Program-made: the position numbers and the translations under genes
Part shown: piece by piece, positions 40,743-53,120 of the stretch
Layout of the letters: the number at the start of each line of letters is the position of its first letter
How positions within the stretch are numbered: the first letter of the stretch is position 1
Assembly: GCA_964016885.1 (NCBI GenBank)
Contig: OZ024752.1
Span: 16,120,001-16,184,000 of the forward strand
Origin: Eledone cirrhosa
Taxonomy: Eukaryota
Length of the DNA: 64,000 bases
Reading direction: 5' to 3'
Notes under the pieces: model-generated
What the model saw: the letters and a program-made list of their open reading frames with translations, nothing else
Database searches by the model: none
Told to the model about the DNA's origin: nothing

Positions 40743-42330
40743 TAGGAAAATGTATGATCCCGACGGCAGAACTCAAGCCGTTTCGACGGCTATTTCTGGA
40801 CTAAATTATAATTTTTAGCCTGGTAAATACTTAGCCGAACTTTTCAAGGGGTACTTCCTTATATGGGAAGATTGTAGTTGTCAAGAGTATTGAATTTCTT
40901 GTAAACACAATTAAGTCTATCATATCATTGGGTGGGAGGTGGAGGTAGCTGAAATTGCCTGTAGAGCAATGAGGGAGTAGGTGGAGCCGGTCAAGCGTTG
41001 AAAGTGAAATCTATACAGCAAATTCTAAGGATTGTGTATGAAAGTAGGCCAGAGGAAGTAGGCGAAAAAGGGTTCTGGAGAAAATAGAGGAGGGACGTTA
41101 TAGTATAGGTAAATGAATTGAGATTTGGAGACAATAAAAAATAAAAGATATATAAAAATATAAAATTGGATAGTAAGGACTGATAAAAAACAAACACTGT
41201 GGAGCCTAAAACAGCTGCTATATTTAGTTGGTGTTGCTTTTTTGGCCAATGCTATAGAATAGGTTAATAAGTTGAAAATAGAAGATACTAAATAAGAATT
41301 TTTGAAATTATAGAATTGAGTAGCAAAAGGTAATACAAAAAATCTGGGATCTAACACAGCTGCTATGATTAGTTAGTATTGCGTTTTCGGCCAATGCTAT
41401 CTTTAATTGACTGGAGTGGCGTTAATGGGGCTACAGAGGCCCGATGGGCTGCATCGGGGTAGGCGAAAAAGGAAAAAAAGAGGAAAAAGATCGGGAGTGG
41501 AAGGAAGTGATAGAAGGAGACAAATGGAAGAAGAAAACAGAGAGGAAAAGAAGAGGTACATCTACATATGTAAGATGGGTTTTCCCCTATCTTATACAGC
41601 AAGTGGGGTGTTTCAGCCATTGTCTACCCACTCGGCTCGTTAGGGGGTTTGAGGGCGAGGTAAGTCCTACGCAATAGGTGTTTGCATGCAGTTACCAGTT
41701 CGTCTTTTTTGTTTAGGAGTTGGTCCTTCGTAAACAGCATTTGTAATGTTTCCTCCGAGCATAAGTTACACGGACGGCGTCTTCCCGTGTAGGAGTTATT
41801 TCTGGACAGTAAGCTCCAACTGAGATTATAGGTTATGTTATTATCTTGGAGGTCCCAGATGTGGCTACGAAAGTGTAGTAGCATGACGCCGAAGCGGGTT
41901 TCGGAACGTATGTCGGTGTTGGTAGAGCCGCGTCTTAAAGTCACAAGCGGTTAATCCTATATAAGCTTTGTTGGAGGTGTCCGTCCTTACGTTGCACTGG
42001 TAGATCACGATATGTTCTCGGCATCTGTTGTTGAGGGGGCACGCAGATCTATCAGGGCAGTTACACCTCCTGGTCGGCTCTCCACTAATGTCTAGGTTGT
42101 TTCTTCCATAGGGGTTGATTTTTTTGTTGTTTGAGGTGACGATGTTTTGTGCGAAGTTGGGTGTGGTGCTGTAGTAGAGTTTGATAGTGTTTTTGTTGAT
42201 TATGTCGTGGTAGCGGTTTTGTGGTGGGAAATGTTTTTCGAGGAGCCTAAAGAAGATTTTTCCGATAGGTGTTGCCACCTCGGCATTGTATTACTTTTTG
42301 TTACCCAATTCTATAATTTCAAAAATTATA
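40743..42330 (-). mobile_element. Penelope-like element (Nematis-like), 5'-truncated with inverted 5' segment
   Basis: PIGKIFFRLLEKHFP..NTIKLYYS..CNCPDRSACPLNNRC..IYQC..YIGLT..FKTRLYQH (GIY-YIG). 42285-42328 is the reverse complement of 41298-41341. Confidence 0.85.
40755..40855 (-). ncRNA. Type I HHR with long stems II/III in the Nematis-like pLTR (core mutated)
   Basis: Minus strand: tacccc TTGAAAA gttcggcta..tagccgtc GAA ACGGC ttgagttct GCCGT C gggat. Confidence 0.65.
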
Positions 42331-42921
42331 GTAAATGTTCGGTGAATCCATACGTACATGTATATATGTGTGCATGTATGTATATATATATACATACCAC
42401 TGTACGTCTGTATACATATATGTGTGTACGTGTACATACTTATATTTAAGTAACAACCGTACTAAGAGTGGGAAATGAAATTTCGTTTCATTTTTTCCGT
42501 TTATCGTTTTCGGTGCACCCGACCGATTAACCCACTCGATATGCAAATTGGTCTACTCAGCCGTTAACATGCATAAGGTAAGTATATGCGTTCAACAATC
42601 TGGCAGGAAGGTATACGTTGCTGACGATAGCTAATAAGCTTGAAACTAGTACAGCGTTCCTTTGTCAGTGTTGAACAAACGAGCAACGATGGTTGCTGGA
42701 CACTACGGCTTAATACGGGATGTTTGTTTACAAACACACCGAGCATTATAATAAATGTTCGGTGAATCCATACGTACATGTATATATGTGTGCATGTATG
42801 TATATATATATACATACTACTGTACGTCTGTATACATATATGTGTGTACGTGTACATACTTATATTTAAGTAACGGCCGTACTAAGAGTGGGAAATGAAA
42901 TTTCGTTTCATTTATTCCGTT

Positions 42922-42922
<1 letters not shown>
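42330..42922. repeat. ~170-bp direct duplication
   Basis: 42332-42502 is repeated at 42752-42922. Confidence 0.85.
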
Positions 42923-42955
<33 letters not shown>

Positions 42956-42963
42956 CATTTATG

Positions 42964-43038
<75 letters not shown>

Positions 43039-43043
43039 TTATG

Positions 43044-43075
<32 letters not shown>

Positions 43076-43190
43076 TATACACATATATATACACATATAT
43101 ATATATACACATATATATATATATACACATATATATACACATATATATATATATATATATACACATATATACACATATATATATATACAC

Positions 43191-43277
<87 letters not shown>

Positions 43278-43298
43278 TGTATGTGTGTTACTTCCAAT

Positions 43299-43336
<38 letters not shown>

Positions 43337-43645
43337 CTATATGTGTGCATGTGTGTGTTGTGTTGTATTGTTTATTCATCGTTGGCGTATAGGTACGTAT
43401 AAAAGGTGAGAGAAAAATGTTCGTTCAGATAACTAAAAAGTACATAGAATCGAGTATTCTGCAAACATCCTGAAGATTCTCACACATTTTGGTATGTCTT
43501 CTATCCGTTGGAAAAACAATCTTCGAGCAATTTATTTCTTCAAAGAAAATATTACACTGTGGAATTATTCAGTTTCTTGGAATGCTCCTATTATTTGTGT
43601 TTTTCGTTCTTAAAAACAGGAAACTGTAAATTTACGTCGGCTTCT

Positions 43646-43684
<39 letters not shown>

Positions 43685-44046
43685 GAAGTAATTTATGTAT
43701 CTTCCTTGCCAACATTTCAAACCTCTTGTGTTGGAAAACTTCCAAGCTATGGTATTCACAATCTGTAGAAGTTTAAGTAAGTATGTGCTGTCTGTTTAAA
43801 CACAGAAGCTCTCTCGTGTGAATCTTCAGATTAATTATTCGAAATTCTCTTCTATACATAGCACTATACCAACTTGTTTATTCAATGATAATTATGGCAT
43901 CGTTTCTGTTAAAATGAATGTGAATTAGGCTTAATAAGTTTGAATTGAACCCAATTAGTACTAATTAAGCCTGAAAGCTTTGTTCTTACCGTTTACAGAT
44001 ATCTCAAAGTGAAATTAAAAGATATTGAAATAATGTGTTAATGTCG

Positions 44047-44094
<48 letters not shown>

Positions 44095-44123
44095 AATGTG
44101 TATATATATATATATTATTATTA

Positions 44124-44312
44124 GTGGATTGGCAGTATTGGTAGAGGGTCGGATGCCATGCTTTCCAGCAGAGTTACGTCCCTTTACGATCTAAGTTCAA
44201 ATCCCGCCGAGGTTAACTTTGCCTTTCATCATTACGAGGTCGATAAAATAAAGTACCAGTAATGCACTGTGTAATTGCTGGCCTTCTGCCTAAAGTAGAA
44301 ACAATTATTATT
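44124..44312 (+). mobile_element. SINE family A
   Basis: Full copy with (ATT) tail. Confidence 0.85.
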
Positions 44313-44339
44313 AGTAGTAGTAGTAGTAGTATTATACTA

Positions 44340-44526
44340 ATAATTGTTTCTACGTTTGGCACAAGACCAGCAATTACCCAGTGTATTACTGGTACTTTAC
44401 TTTTCGACACCGTAAGGAAGAAAGGCAAAGTTAACCTTGGCGGCATTTGAACTATGGCAAGGGCCGTAACTCTATAAGTCAAAACATGGCGTCCGACCCT
44501 TTACCAGTACTAACAATCCACCGCCC
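44340..44526 (-). mobile_element. SINE family A
   Basis: Reverse-complement copy, tail-to-tail with the previous SINE. Confidence 0.85.
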
Positions 44527-44529
44527 TAG

Positions 44530-44576
<47 letters not shown>

Positions 44577-44823
44577 TTTCTTTATTAACCACAAGGGTTT
44601 ACATAAAGTAGACATTAAGGACAGTGCAGGACAATGCAGGACGGTACAAATGGGCATTTCTGCGTGTAAAAAACAAAAACAGAGGATGTAACAAAAATAA
44701 CAATGAAAAATTCCCCAATAGGGGGGAGACTTCGGAGGGACATTTGTGGAGAAAGCCCAGTAAAAAGCCACAATTACCCTGACCACCAAGACAAGTGCCC
44801 TCGCCCAGTTTTCCACCTTTAAT

Positions 44824-47800
44824 TTACAGATATATACTCAGAGTAGGCCCATTCACTCGGGCCATTCTTGCTTCTCTCACCCATCTTTCAACAAAATGCT
44901 GGGAAGAGAGCACTTCCCTCTCTACTCTGATTTTCCTTTTCAAATTAAATTTGAAAAAGTCAATCAGAGCATCACCGAAGAGGTAAGTGCTCGTCTTCAG
45001 CCCTTTCAAACGTGTCCACCATACTATCTCTTTCGCCATGGCCACCAGACAGATAAAAACTGCCTGCCCTTCCCGGCTAAAGGAGGAGGGCGGGGCAATC
45101 CTCACGATGGACTCAGATGATAGCTGGATCCGTCCTAAACGCGACAGCAGGTGTTCGACATAAACCCACAAGTCAGGAATTTTCGGACACTGGACGAGTG
45201 CGTGCAGGACGGTTTCGTCGCCCTGCGAGCATCTGGGACATGCCTGGCTGACGGCACCTCCATGCCTGTAGAGTTTATCCCGAACTGGCAAGGCTCCTCG
45301 GTAGCACTGCCAGGCCAGAGATTTCTGGAAGTTGTCCATAGGCCCCGGCCCGAAAGTTCTTCCGAAGAGATTGGCTAGTTGATTTTCGTCGACGCCTAGA
45401 GTTTCCCCAAGTACGTCGTCGCTCTTACCCTCCACTAATCCTCTATAGAACGCCGAGGTGGAGTTTCCACCGATCACATTGCCCGATTGGTCGAGGGCTG
45501 TGAGCGCCTGAAGACATTCCAGTCTCCAGGCGCTCCCTCTCGGTCTTCGCTTGACCCAGGACTACAGCTCCGTCAAGGAAACGAGCTGGGGAAATACGCG
45601 CCTAGCAAACGGCGACCACACCTGATCACCGTCGAGGAAGAGGTAGAGATGTCGTAGCCTGAGCGCGTGCCTGCGCATCATCAGCCACAGCATGCCCAGC
45701 CCTCCACGTAGCGGGTGTTGACAACAGATGGACCGCCTGACCATCGGAGCACGTCGCTTCCACAAAAAGCGAAAGAGCAAACGCTCCAGCGCAGTCAGGC
45801 GAGGCTTAGGACAAGTTACGACGGTCAGGCGGTAGCAGATGACAGACGCGATGTACGCGTTAGCCACCTCCGCTCGACCTTTTAGGGATAGCTTCCTCTC
45901 CGCCCATTTCTGGGTGAGAGAAGCCACCCTGCTCGTCACCTCGTCCCAGTTTTTGTCCGTCTGGAGGTCCGGACCGAACCAGACCCCTAGCAATTTAACC
46001 GGTCCGTCCGTCCAGCGTCCGACGACGCTGTTGGACGGCATGGACCTGCCTCTCCAGGTGCCGAGCTGCAGGCCCACTGACTTTTCCTTGTTGATCATTG
46101 CTCCTGTCACCGCTTCGTATTCTCTTAGTGTAGTGCCGATCGCCTCGATGTGTTTGGCGTTCGACACCACTACGGTGACATCGTCCGCATATGCTGACAC
46201 GGATCTTCCGCATCCTAGTTCGCGCGGGACTCCCCTCAACGTCTCCAGTTTGTGCAGTAATGGCTCGAGAGTCAATACGTACAAGAGGGACGAGAGGGGA
46301 CATCCTTGGCGGACCTAGCGCATGATGTTGAACGGTTCCGACAGGTGACCGTTCACTCTCACCACAGAGCAGATGTCGCTGTGCATGGCAGCGATCCAGC
46401 CTCTGAAGACGGGCCCAAAGCCAGCCGCCCTCAGGACTGCCGCTAGGTAACGATGGTCGACCCTATCGAAAGCTTTCGACTGATCTAAATTGATCAAGGA
46501 CCCACCCGTGCCAGGTTCCCTAGCTACCCTCTCTACGATGTATCGCATGAGGTGGAGATTGTCGTGGATGGATCTGTCGGGAATGGCGCATGTCTGCGCC
46601 TCTCCCACCAGACCACCAACGACAAGCGCCAACCTCTTTGCTAGCACCTTGGCCAAAATCTTAAACTCTGTGTTTAGCAGAGTTATGGGCCGGAAATTTT
46701 CTATGTTATCCCCCTTGTTCGGATCCTTTCTCAGCAGTGCCACCGCTCCTCGGCTCACAGAACTGGGAATTCTCCCGTTCTGTTGCCAGTTGCAGTAGAC
46801 GTCCGCCAAGAGGCCTCCGAACAAGTCTGGCATCTGTACGTAAAGTTCATAGGGCAGACCATCCAAACCAGGCGATTTACCCCTTGTGCAGCCAGTCATT
46901 GCCTCCCTTACTTCAGCGGCTGTTATCGGCTTTTCGCAACACTTCGCCTCAGTGGCCGAGAGCCGCGGCAGTCCCTCGAGGTAGACACTAAAGTCCATCC
47001 CTCTACCCGGCCCACCGCTGCCCCCGAACAGCTGAGCGAAGTGTCGCTGAAAAGCTTCACACATTTGCCCGGGATCGAGTAGCATGCGCCCGTCGTGGTC
47101 CACCAAAGACCGGATCGTGGCTTTGTTGCCACGACGCGCCTCCGCCACTCGGGCCCATTGAACGGCTTTCGTCCCCTCGTGTCTGAGAGCACGCACCCTA
47201 GCTCTGACAACGCAGCCTTCGTGCTTTGCATTGAAGAATTGGTCAAGGGCCAATTTCGCCGCAAGCACGTCGGTCGCAATGCCTTTGCTAAGCGCCTCGT
47301 CTAATTTTCTAACTAGTTCTCCCTCTGCTCTATTTTTCTCTATTGCTAAAGCCTTACTAAACCTAATCGATTCTATTCTAATCGCTCTTTTCCGAGCAAA
47401 CCACCACTTGTTGTTGACGATGGCCCCCGTCAACGCCCGCTTAACTAGTTCGCTAATCCGGTCTCTGTAGGCCTTGCGCGCTGGTAAGGACGCGTTTAGC
47501 TTCCAGTAGCCGGGTCCTCGTCTATGAAGCCTATCTAAGTCAAGCACACAGGTCACGAATTTGTGGTCCGTGTAGCTGACTATCTTGAATTGTGGACAGC
47601 CTATGCTAGACCTATCTATTTCCCTACAAAATACTCTATCTAGATATGATCTGGATGACCCTATGCGGTTTGTCCAAGTCCACATTGGCACATTCGGGAA
47701 ATCCAATCGGTACCTGTCAGACAGTTCAAAACGCCTGAGCAGGTTGGTGAGGCTCTTGCACCCTCCACCCCTATCCGCTAATCCCACACAGTCCCAGTGT

Positions 47801-48243
47801 GCATCTAAGATCCCGTTCCAGTCGCCCACTAACACTAAAGAGCGGGACGTTCCAAGAAAGGTCTCCAGACGCCGGAAGAAATCAGGCCTCCCTGCTCCTG
47901 TCGGGGCATAGACGGCCACTAGCCTGAAAGCTTGCCCGTCTCCGCTGGTCACGTCCAGCACCACCAGCTTACCCTCTGGGTCCAGGAAGATGGCCCGTAT
48001 GGCGAGATCCAAACCTCTCCGAAAAAGCACAGCAACTCCTCCACCCGATCCAGGACGGCTGGGAGATGCGTACACATCGTAGCCGCCGAAGATCGGTGCG
48101 AAGGCCCGTGCTTCGGAGATTCTGGTCTCGCTGATGGCCACTACATCTATGTTTAGTGACCTGAGGTCGTTGAGCAGGTGACCCTGCTTCCATGACGACC
48201 CCAAGCCACGCGCATTTATGCTGCCTATTCTGAGTGAGGTCAT
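44824..48243 (-). pseudogene. Tx1 ORF2 (APE endonuclease-RT-CCHC) with two in-frame TAG stops
   Basis: Collinear with the intact ORF2 at 58232-61651. Stops at 46315 and 45562. Confidence 0.93.
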
Positions 48244-48278
48244 GTTTAAAATAGAGTGGAAAAGATGGGAAAGACCAC

Positions 48279-50370
48279 TTACCGTACTTTTGGTAGAGGA
48301 GGGATGGTTTTTACATCCCTTTTCACTTGATCGTCTGGTGAAGGGACCGTTGAATCGTCCCTTCGGCTGGTCGTCGGCTCTTCTAAGAGAATGTCTGAAT
48401 ATACTCTTCGATTAATGGTTCCTCCTAGGTCCCTGAAATCACCAACTGCGTTGGGGAATTTCGTTTTAATGTTTGTGTATTGTTTCTGTGCTATTTTTAG
48501 CAGTCTTATGTTAGTTGGCGTTTTGATTGGTGCTGGTATTATGTAGTCCTGTTGTGAAATGTCTGTGTGTTCAATTATGTAAGTCATTAGTTTCTTGTTG
48601 TGTGTGTTTATTGCCGTGCATTTGTTTTTCTGGGGGTGGGGTGTGGTTCTGCTATTTTCTTGTCGTTGTTGCTGGGTGTGTGTGTTTTGTTGTTGTGTTT
48701 GCGATGTTGGTGCTTGTGGTGGTGGTGTTGAAGGTGTTGTTGGCGGTGGGGTTGTCGCCGGTGGTGATGGTGGTGCTGGTGTGGGTGGTGATGGTGTTGG
48801 TGGTGTTGCTGCTGTGGGTCTCTTTGCAGTAGACTTTACCCTTTTCTCATTTCTTTCCTCCCTTTTCAAAGGCGACGATGCGCTGCTTCTGCGTTTGTGC
48901 CTTCTTGCGACCTTTTGCCATCCCTCTCCCACCTCACACTCCATGTCTGATTCTGTAAGGTCGGGGAGGGGTACCAGCTCCACTCTTTCACTTGTTGTTG
49001 TTGGTGATGTTTGCACTGGAGTCTCTGTTGCAGCTGCATTTGGTATTGCTGTTGTTGTTGTTAATATTTCCACTGCTGCTGCTGTCTTTGATTTCCGTGG
49101 AGTGGGTATGGGTGCCACGGACCTATCGTTCCTGGTTGCCGCTTGTCCTGTTGCTGGTAGCCGTGGAGCCGGATTCGGAAGGAGGGGGGTTTTCTCCTTT
49201 CTCAGGGTCTTCTCGTTGCAGAAGGCCCTGAGGTGAGTCTTCGATCCACAGCGAAAGCATTTCGGGCGTTTGCCCTCAACACTTATGGGCAGTTGAGTGC
49301 CGTTATCGAAGTCTATCACATCCGGGATAGTTTCGATGCACTCCTGGTTGGTTTGGATTAGCATCTCAATGGAGGAGCCGACCCAATCTTCTCTTACTTT
49401 TTTCTGTACTTGCAGTACAGTTGTTTTGTCCTCGATTCCGACGAGGACAGACGCGGCCAGCCAAGAAGGGTTCATTCCGGGGGGGGACGTGGGTCAGTTT
49501 GACCCTCACAATTTTTTGCCCGCAGTAGGAGGGCACCAACACCATTTCCTCGCTCCTTAGGGTCACTACTGATTGGGTCTTTGCCTCCTGGGGTGTGGCA
49601 AAAAGTACGTCTACGGTGGCGTATTTTTTGCCTCGGGTGATGTGCGTTTTCCTCTGCCACACAGACCCCAAGGCTTTTTGTATTTGGGCCTCTGTGGCTC
49701 TTTCCACCCTACGGGATTTTGTACTTACTGTACGGTACGTGACCGTACAGTGCTCTTGGGTTTCGAAAAAATTTTTCGCTGCCTTGCAGATTGCTCGGTG
49801 TCCGTTCTTTGTCACCATCTTCTTCGCTTCCTCTAATTCCTCATTTGTTATGAGGATTGTTTCCAAGTTTTTCGCAATACCTGCAAATGAGATTGGTTTT
49901 TCTCTGCTGTTGTTGTTGTCGTCAGAGCTGCTGGTACTTTTGTTGTTGCTGCAGGTACTACGACTACTGCCTCCGCCGCTGTTGCTGTGGTTGTTGTTGG
50001 TGTTGCTGCTGCTAATGCTGTTGTTGTTTATGCTGCTGGTGATGCTGTTGCGGCTGCTACTGTTGTTTTCATTGTCACTGTTGCTGTTGTTATTACGGCT
50101 GCTACTGCTATTATTCCTGACGTCAGACGAATGAACTGGGTTTTCGTATTTCCCGCACACCTGTTTCGTCACTGTCGTCGTGGAGAAACCTTGCACGCTT
50201 TGCACGAGACTTTTCTTTTCTTTCGTCGCTTGCGAAAGAGAAGGGAGGGAGAGAGACACATTTAAAGAAGGGAGGGAGAGAGACAATCTTCTCTCTGCTG
50301 TAGTGATGATTGAGGAAGAAGAAGACGGAATGAGTGGGAGTGACGTATGAAATTTCTTTTTCGTAGCCAT
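48279..50370 (-). pseudogene. Tx1 ORF1 (gag-like, zinc knuckle), frameshifted in a G-run near 49480
   Basis: CFRCGSKTHLRAFC (CX2CX4HX4C). N/S-rich N-terminus and P/T/Q-rich C-terminal region. Confidence 0.88.
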
Positions 50371-50609
50371 GTTGTTTTTTGTTTAAAATGAAATTTTGGG
50401 TACAAAACCCCAATAACTGGTTATTTAACCCCGAAGGGCCAAATAACGGACAGAAAGACCCCTCTCACGAGGAGGAGGGTGTCTTTATCAACAATTTGGT
50501 TCAAGTTTTAAACAATTTACAATTGTTTTAACGGTTAAAAATTACTATACCTTACAGAGCCGAGCCTCCGTCAACCATGGCATTCAATAATAATAATAAT
50601 AATAATAAA

Positions 50610-52379
50610 ACCTAGAGATCTTCAAGGTGGCAGATAACATCAGACAGTTGTTGGAAAACAGAGTTAACATCAGCTGGAGAATCCTTGGGAGGCGTGACGA
50701 TTAAGAGAGGTGTCTTCCAGGGAGATAGTCTGTCCCCTCTGTTGTTTTTCCTTGCCCTGATGCCCCTGACCATTATACTGCGAAAAGTGAGAGCAGGATA
50801 CAAGTTGGGAAAGGGAGAACTTCCCATCAATCACCTCCTCTTCATGGACGATCTTAAGCTCTTCGGGAAGAGTGAGAAGGAGTTGGATGTGCTTGTTGAC
50901 ACTGTCCGTATTTTCAGCAATGATATATGTATGCAATTTGGTATTAGTAAGTGTGGTGTCCTTCTGATGAAGAGGGGTAAATTGAGCAGAAGCAACGGAA
51001 TCCAGGTATCAACAGGTGAGATGATAAAGGAAATTGACACTGAAGAAGGATACAAGTATTTGGGTGTTCTGGAGGCTGATGACATCAAGAACAAAAAAAT
51101 GAAGGAATTGATAAGATCTGAATACATTCGGAGAGTAAGGAGCGTATTAAAGTCACATCTGAACAGTAGGAATGCCATAAGTGCAGTAAATTCCCGAGCT
51201 GTGTCTATTATTAGGTACAGTGCGGGAATTCTGAGATGGAATGTTGCTGAACAAAAAGAAATGGATAGGAAGACTAGGAAGCTATTGACTATCTACAACA
51301 TGTTCCACAAGAGGAGTGATGTCGATAGACTCTATTTAAGGAGATCTGAAGGTGGAAGAGGTCTTATCAGCATAGAGGACTGTGTTCAGATGGAGAAAAA
51401 CAACCTACACAAATACGTGACTGATAGTAAGGAGCCAATGCTCAGAATTGTACTGAAGGAGAGGACAATAGACCAGGGGATGTCCAAGGAGGAAATAACA
51501 ACAAGGAGAAAGAGCAGCCTTCATGAAAAATCCCTTCATAGTACCTTCTTTGAGAAAACTGAATTCAGAGATCCACAGACATGGAACTGGTTGAAAACAG
51601 GAGACCTTAAAAAGGATACAGAAGGAATGCTAATGGCTGCACAAGAGCAGGCCCTCAAAACGACGTGGTAGAAACACCATATTTACAAGGAGGAGGCTAG
51701 CCCACTGTGCAGGATCTGTGGAGAGAGAGAGAGGAGACTGTGGCTCACATTGTATCCGAGTGTAAACACCTAGCCCACACCCACTATAAGGGCTGGAGAC
51801 ATGATGTGATGGGCAGGGTGATCCACTGGCACCTATGCAAAGTAAACAATTTACCACATTTTGAGAAGTGGTATGAGCATAAGCCATAGTCGGTGATAGA
51901 AAACGATCAGGTGAAGGTGCTGTGGGATTTTAGGATACAGACGGACAAGAAACTGGAACACAATAGACCTGACCTGGTGGTTTTGGACAAGGAAAAAAGA
52001 TCGTGCCTGATTGTGGATGTGGCCTGCCCATTCGACACGAGAGTGCAAGAGAAGGAGAGGGAGAAAATTAACCGATACCAGGACTTAAAGTGGGAGGTAA
52101 AAGGATTTGGAACTGCCATGAAGTCAAAGTGGTTCCGATTGTCATAGGCGCACTAGGTACTATCTCAAAAGGTTTCCAGGGATGGTTAAAGAAAATTGGC
52201 CCCGCCACGCTTTTTGGAACGCTTCAAAAGGCATGCTTGCTGGGAACAGCAAGAACCCTCCGATACGTCCTGAATATCTGAGGCTGCAGGTAATGGCTTG
52301 ATATTCATTTCAACAAACTTTCCTGGTAACTAACATCAATGACTGAGACTCAAAGAACAATAATAATAATAATAATAAT
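50610..52379 (+). mobile_element. Dong/R4-type RLE LINE, 5'-truncated, subfamily 1
   Basis: FQGDSLSPLLF, HLLFMDDLKL, zinc knuckle (CRIC..H..C), RHD, RPDLVV..IVDVACP (PD-D/ExK). Ends in (AAT)n. Confidence 0.9.
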
Positions 52380-53103
52380 GATTTCTTTATTAACCACAAG
52401 GGTTTACATAAAGTAGACATTAAGGACAGTACAGGACAATACAGGACGGTCGATACAAATGGGCATTTCTGCGTGTAAAAAAACAAAAAAAAACAGAGGA
52501 TGTCATAAAAGAACAATGAAAAATTCCCCAATAGGGGGGAGACTTCCGAGGGCCATCGTGGAGAAAGCCCATTAAAAAAAGCCACGGTGACCCTGACCAC
52601 CAGGGCAATTCTCCTCTCCCAGTTTTCCACCTTCAATTTACAGGCATATACTCAGAGTAGGTCCACTCACTCGGGCCTTTCTTACCGCTCTCACCCATCT
52701 TTCAACAAAAAGCTGGGAAGAGAGCACCTCCCTCTCTACTCTGATTTTCCTTTTCAAATGAAATTGGAAAAAGTTAATCAGAGCATCACCGAAGAGGTAA
52801 GTGCTCGTCTTCAGCCCTTTCAGACGCGTTCACCATACTATCTCTTTCGCCATGGCCACCAGACAGATAAAAACTGCCTGCCCTTCCCGGCTAAAGGAAG
52901 AGGGCGGGGCAATCCTCACAATGGACTCAGCTGATAGTCGGATCCGTTCTACACGCGACAGCAGGTGTTCGACATAAACCCACAAGTCAGCAATGCTCGG
53001 TCACTAGACGAGTGCATGCAGGACGGTTTCGTCGCCCTGCGCGCATCTCGGACATGCCCGGCTGACGGCACCTCCATGCCTGTAGAGTTTATCCCGAACT
53101 GGA
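52380..53103 (-). mobile_element. 5'-truncated Tx1 copy (diverged)
   Basis: Homologous to 44576-45287. Both ends abut (AAT)n. Confidence 0.92.
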
Positions 53104-53120
53104 AATAATAATAATAATAA

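Larger units (their letters stand above)
44530..50585 (-). mobile_element. Full-length Tx1/L1-clade LINE, copy A
   Basis: 5' GAATGCCATGGTTGACGG at 50585, ORF1, ORF2, 3'UTR with AATAAA and (TTA)n tail. (AAT)n on both sides. Confidence 0.95.

Noticed and set aside
45839-50265. Plus-strand ORFs overlapping Tx1
   Set aside because: Antisense shadows of GC-rich or low-complexity coding sequence, with no recognisable domains.
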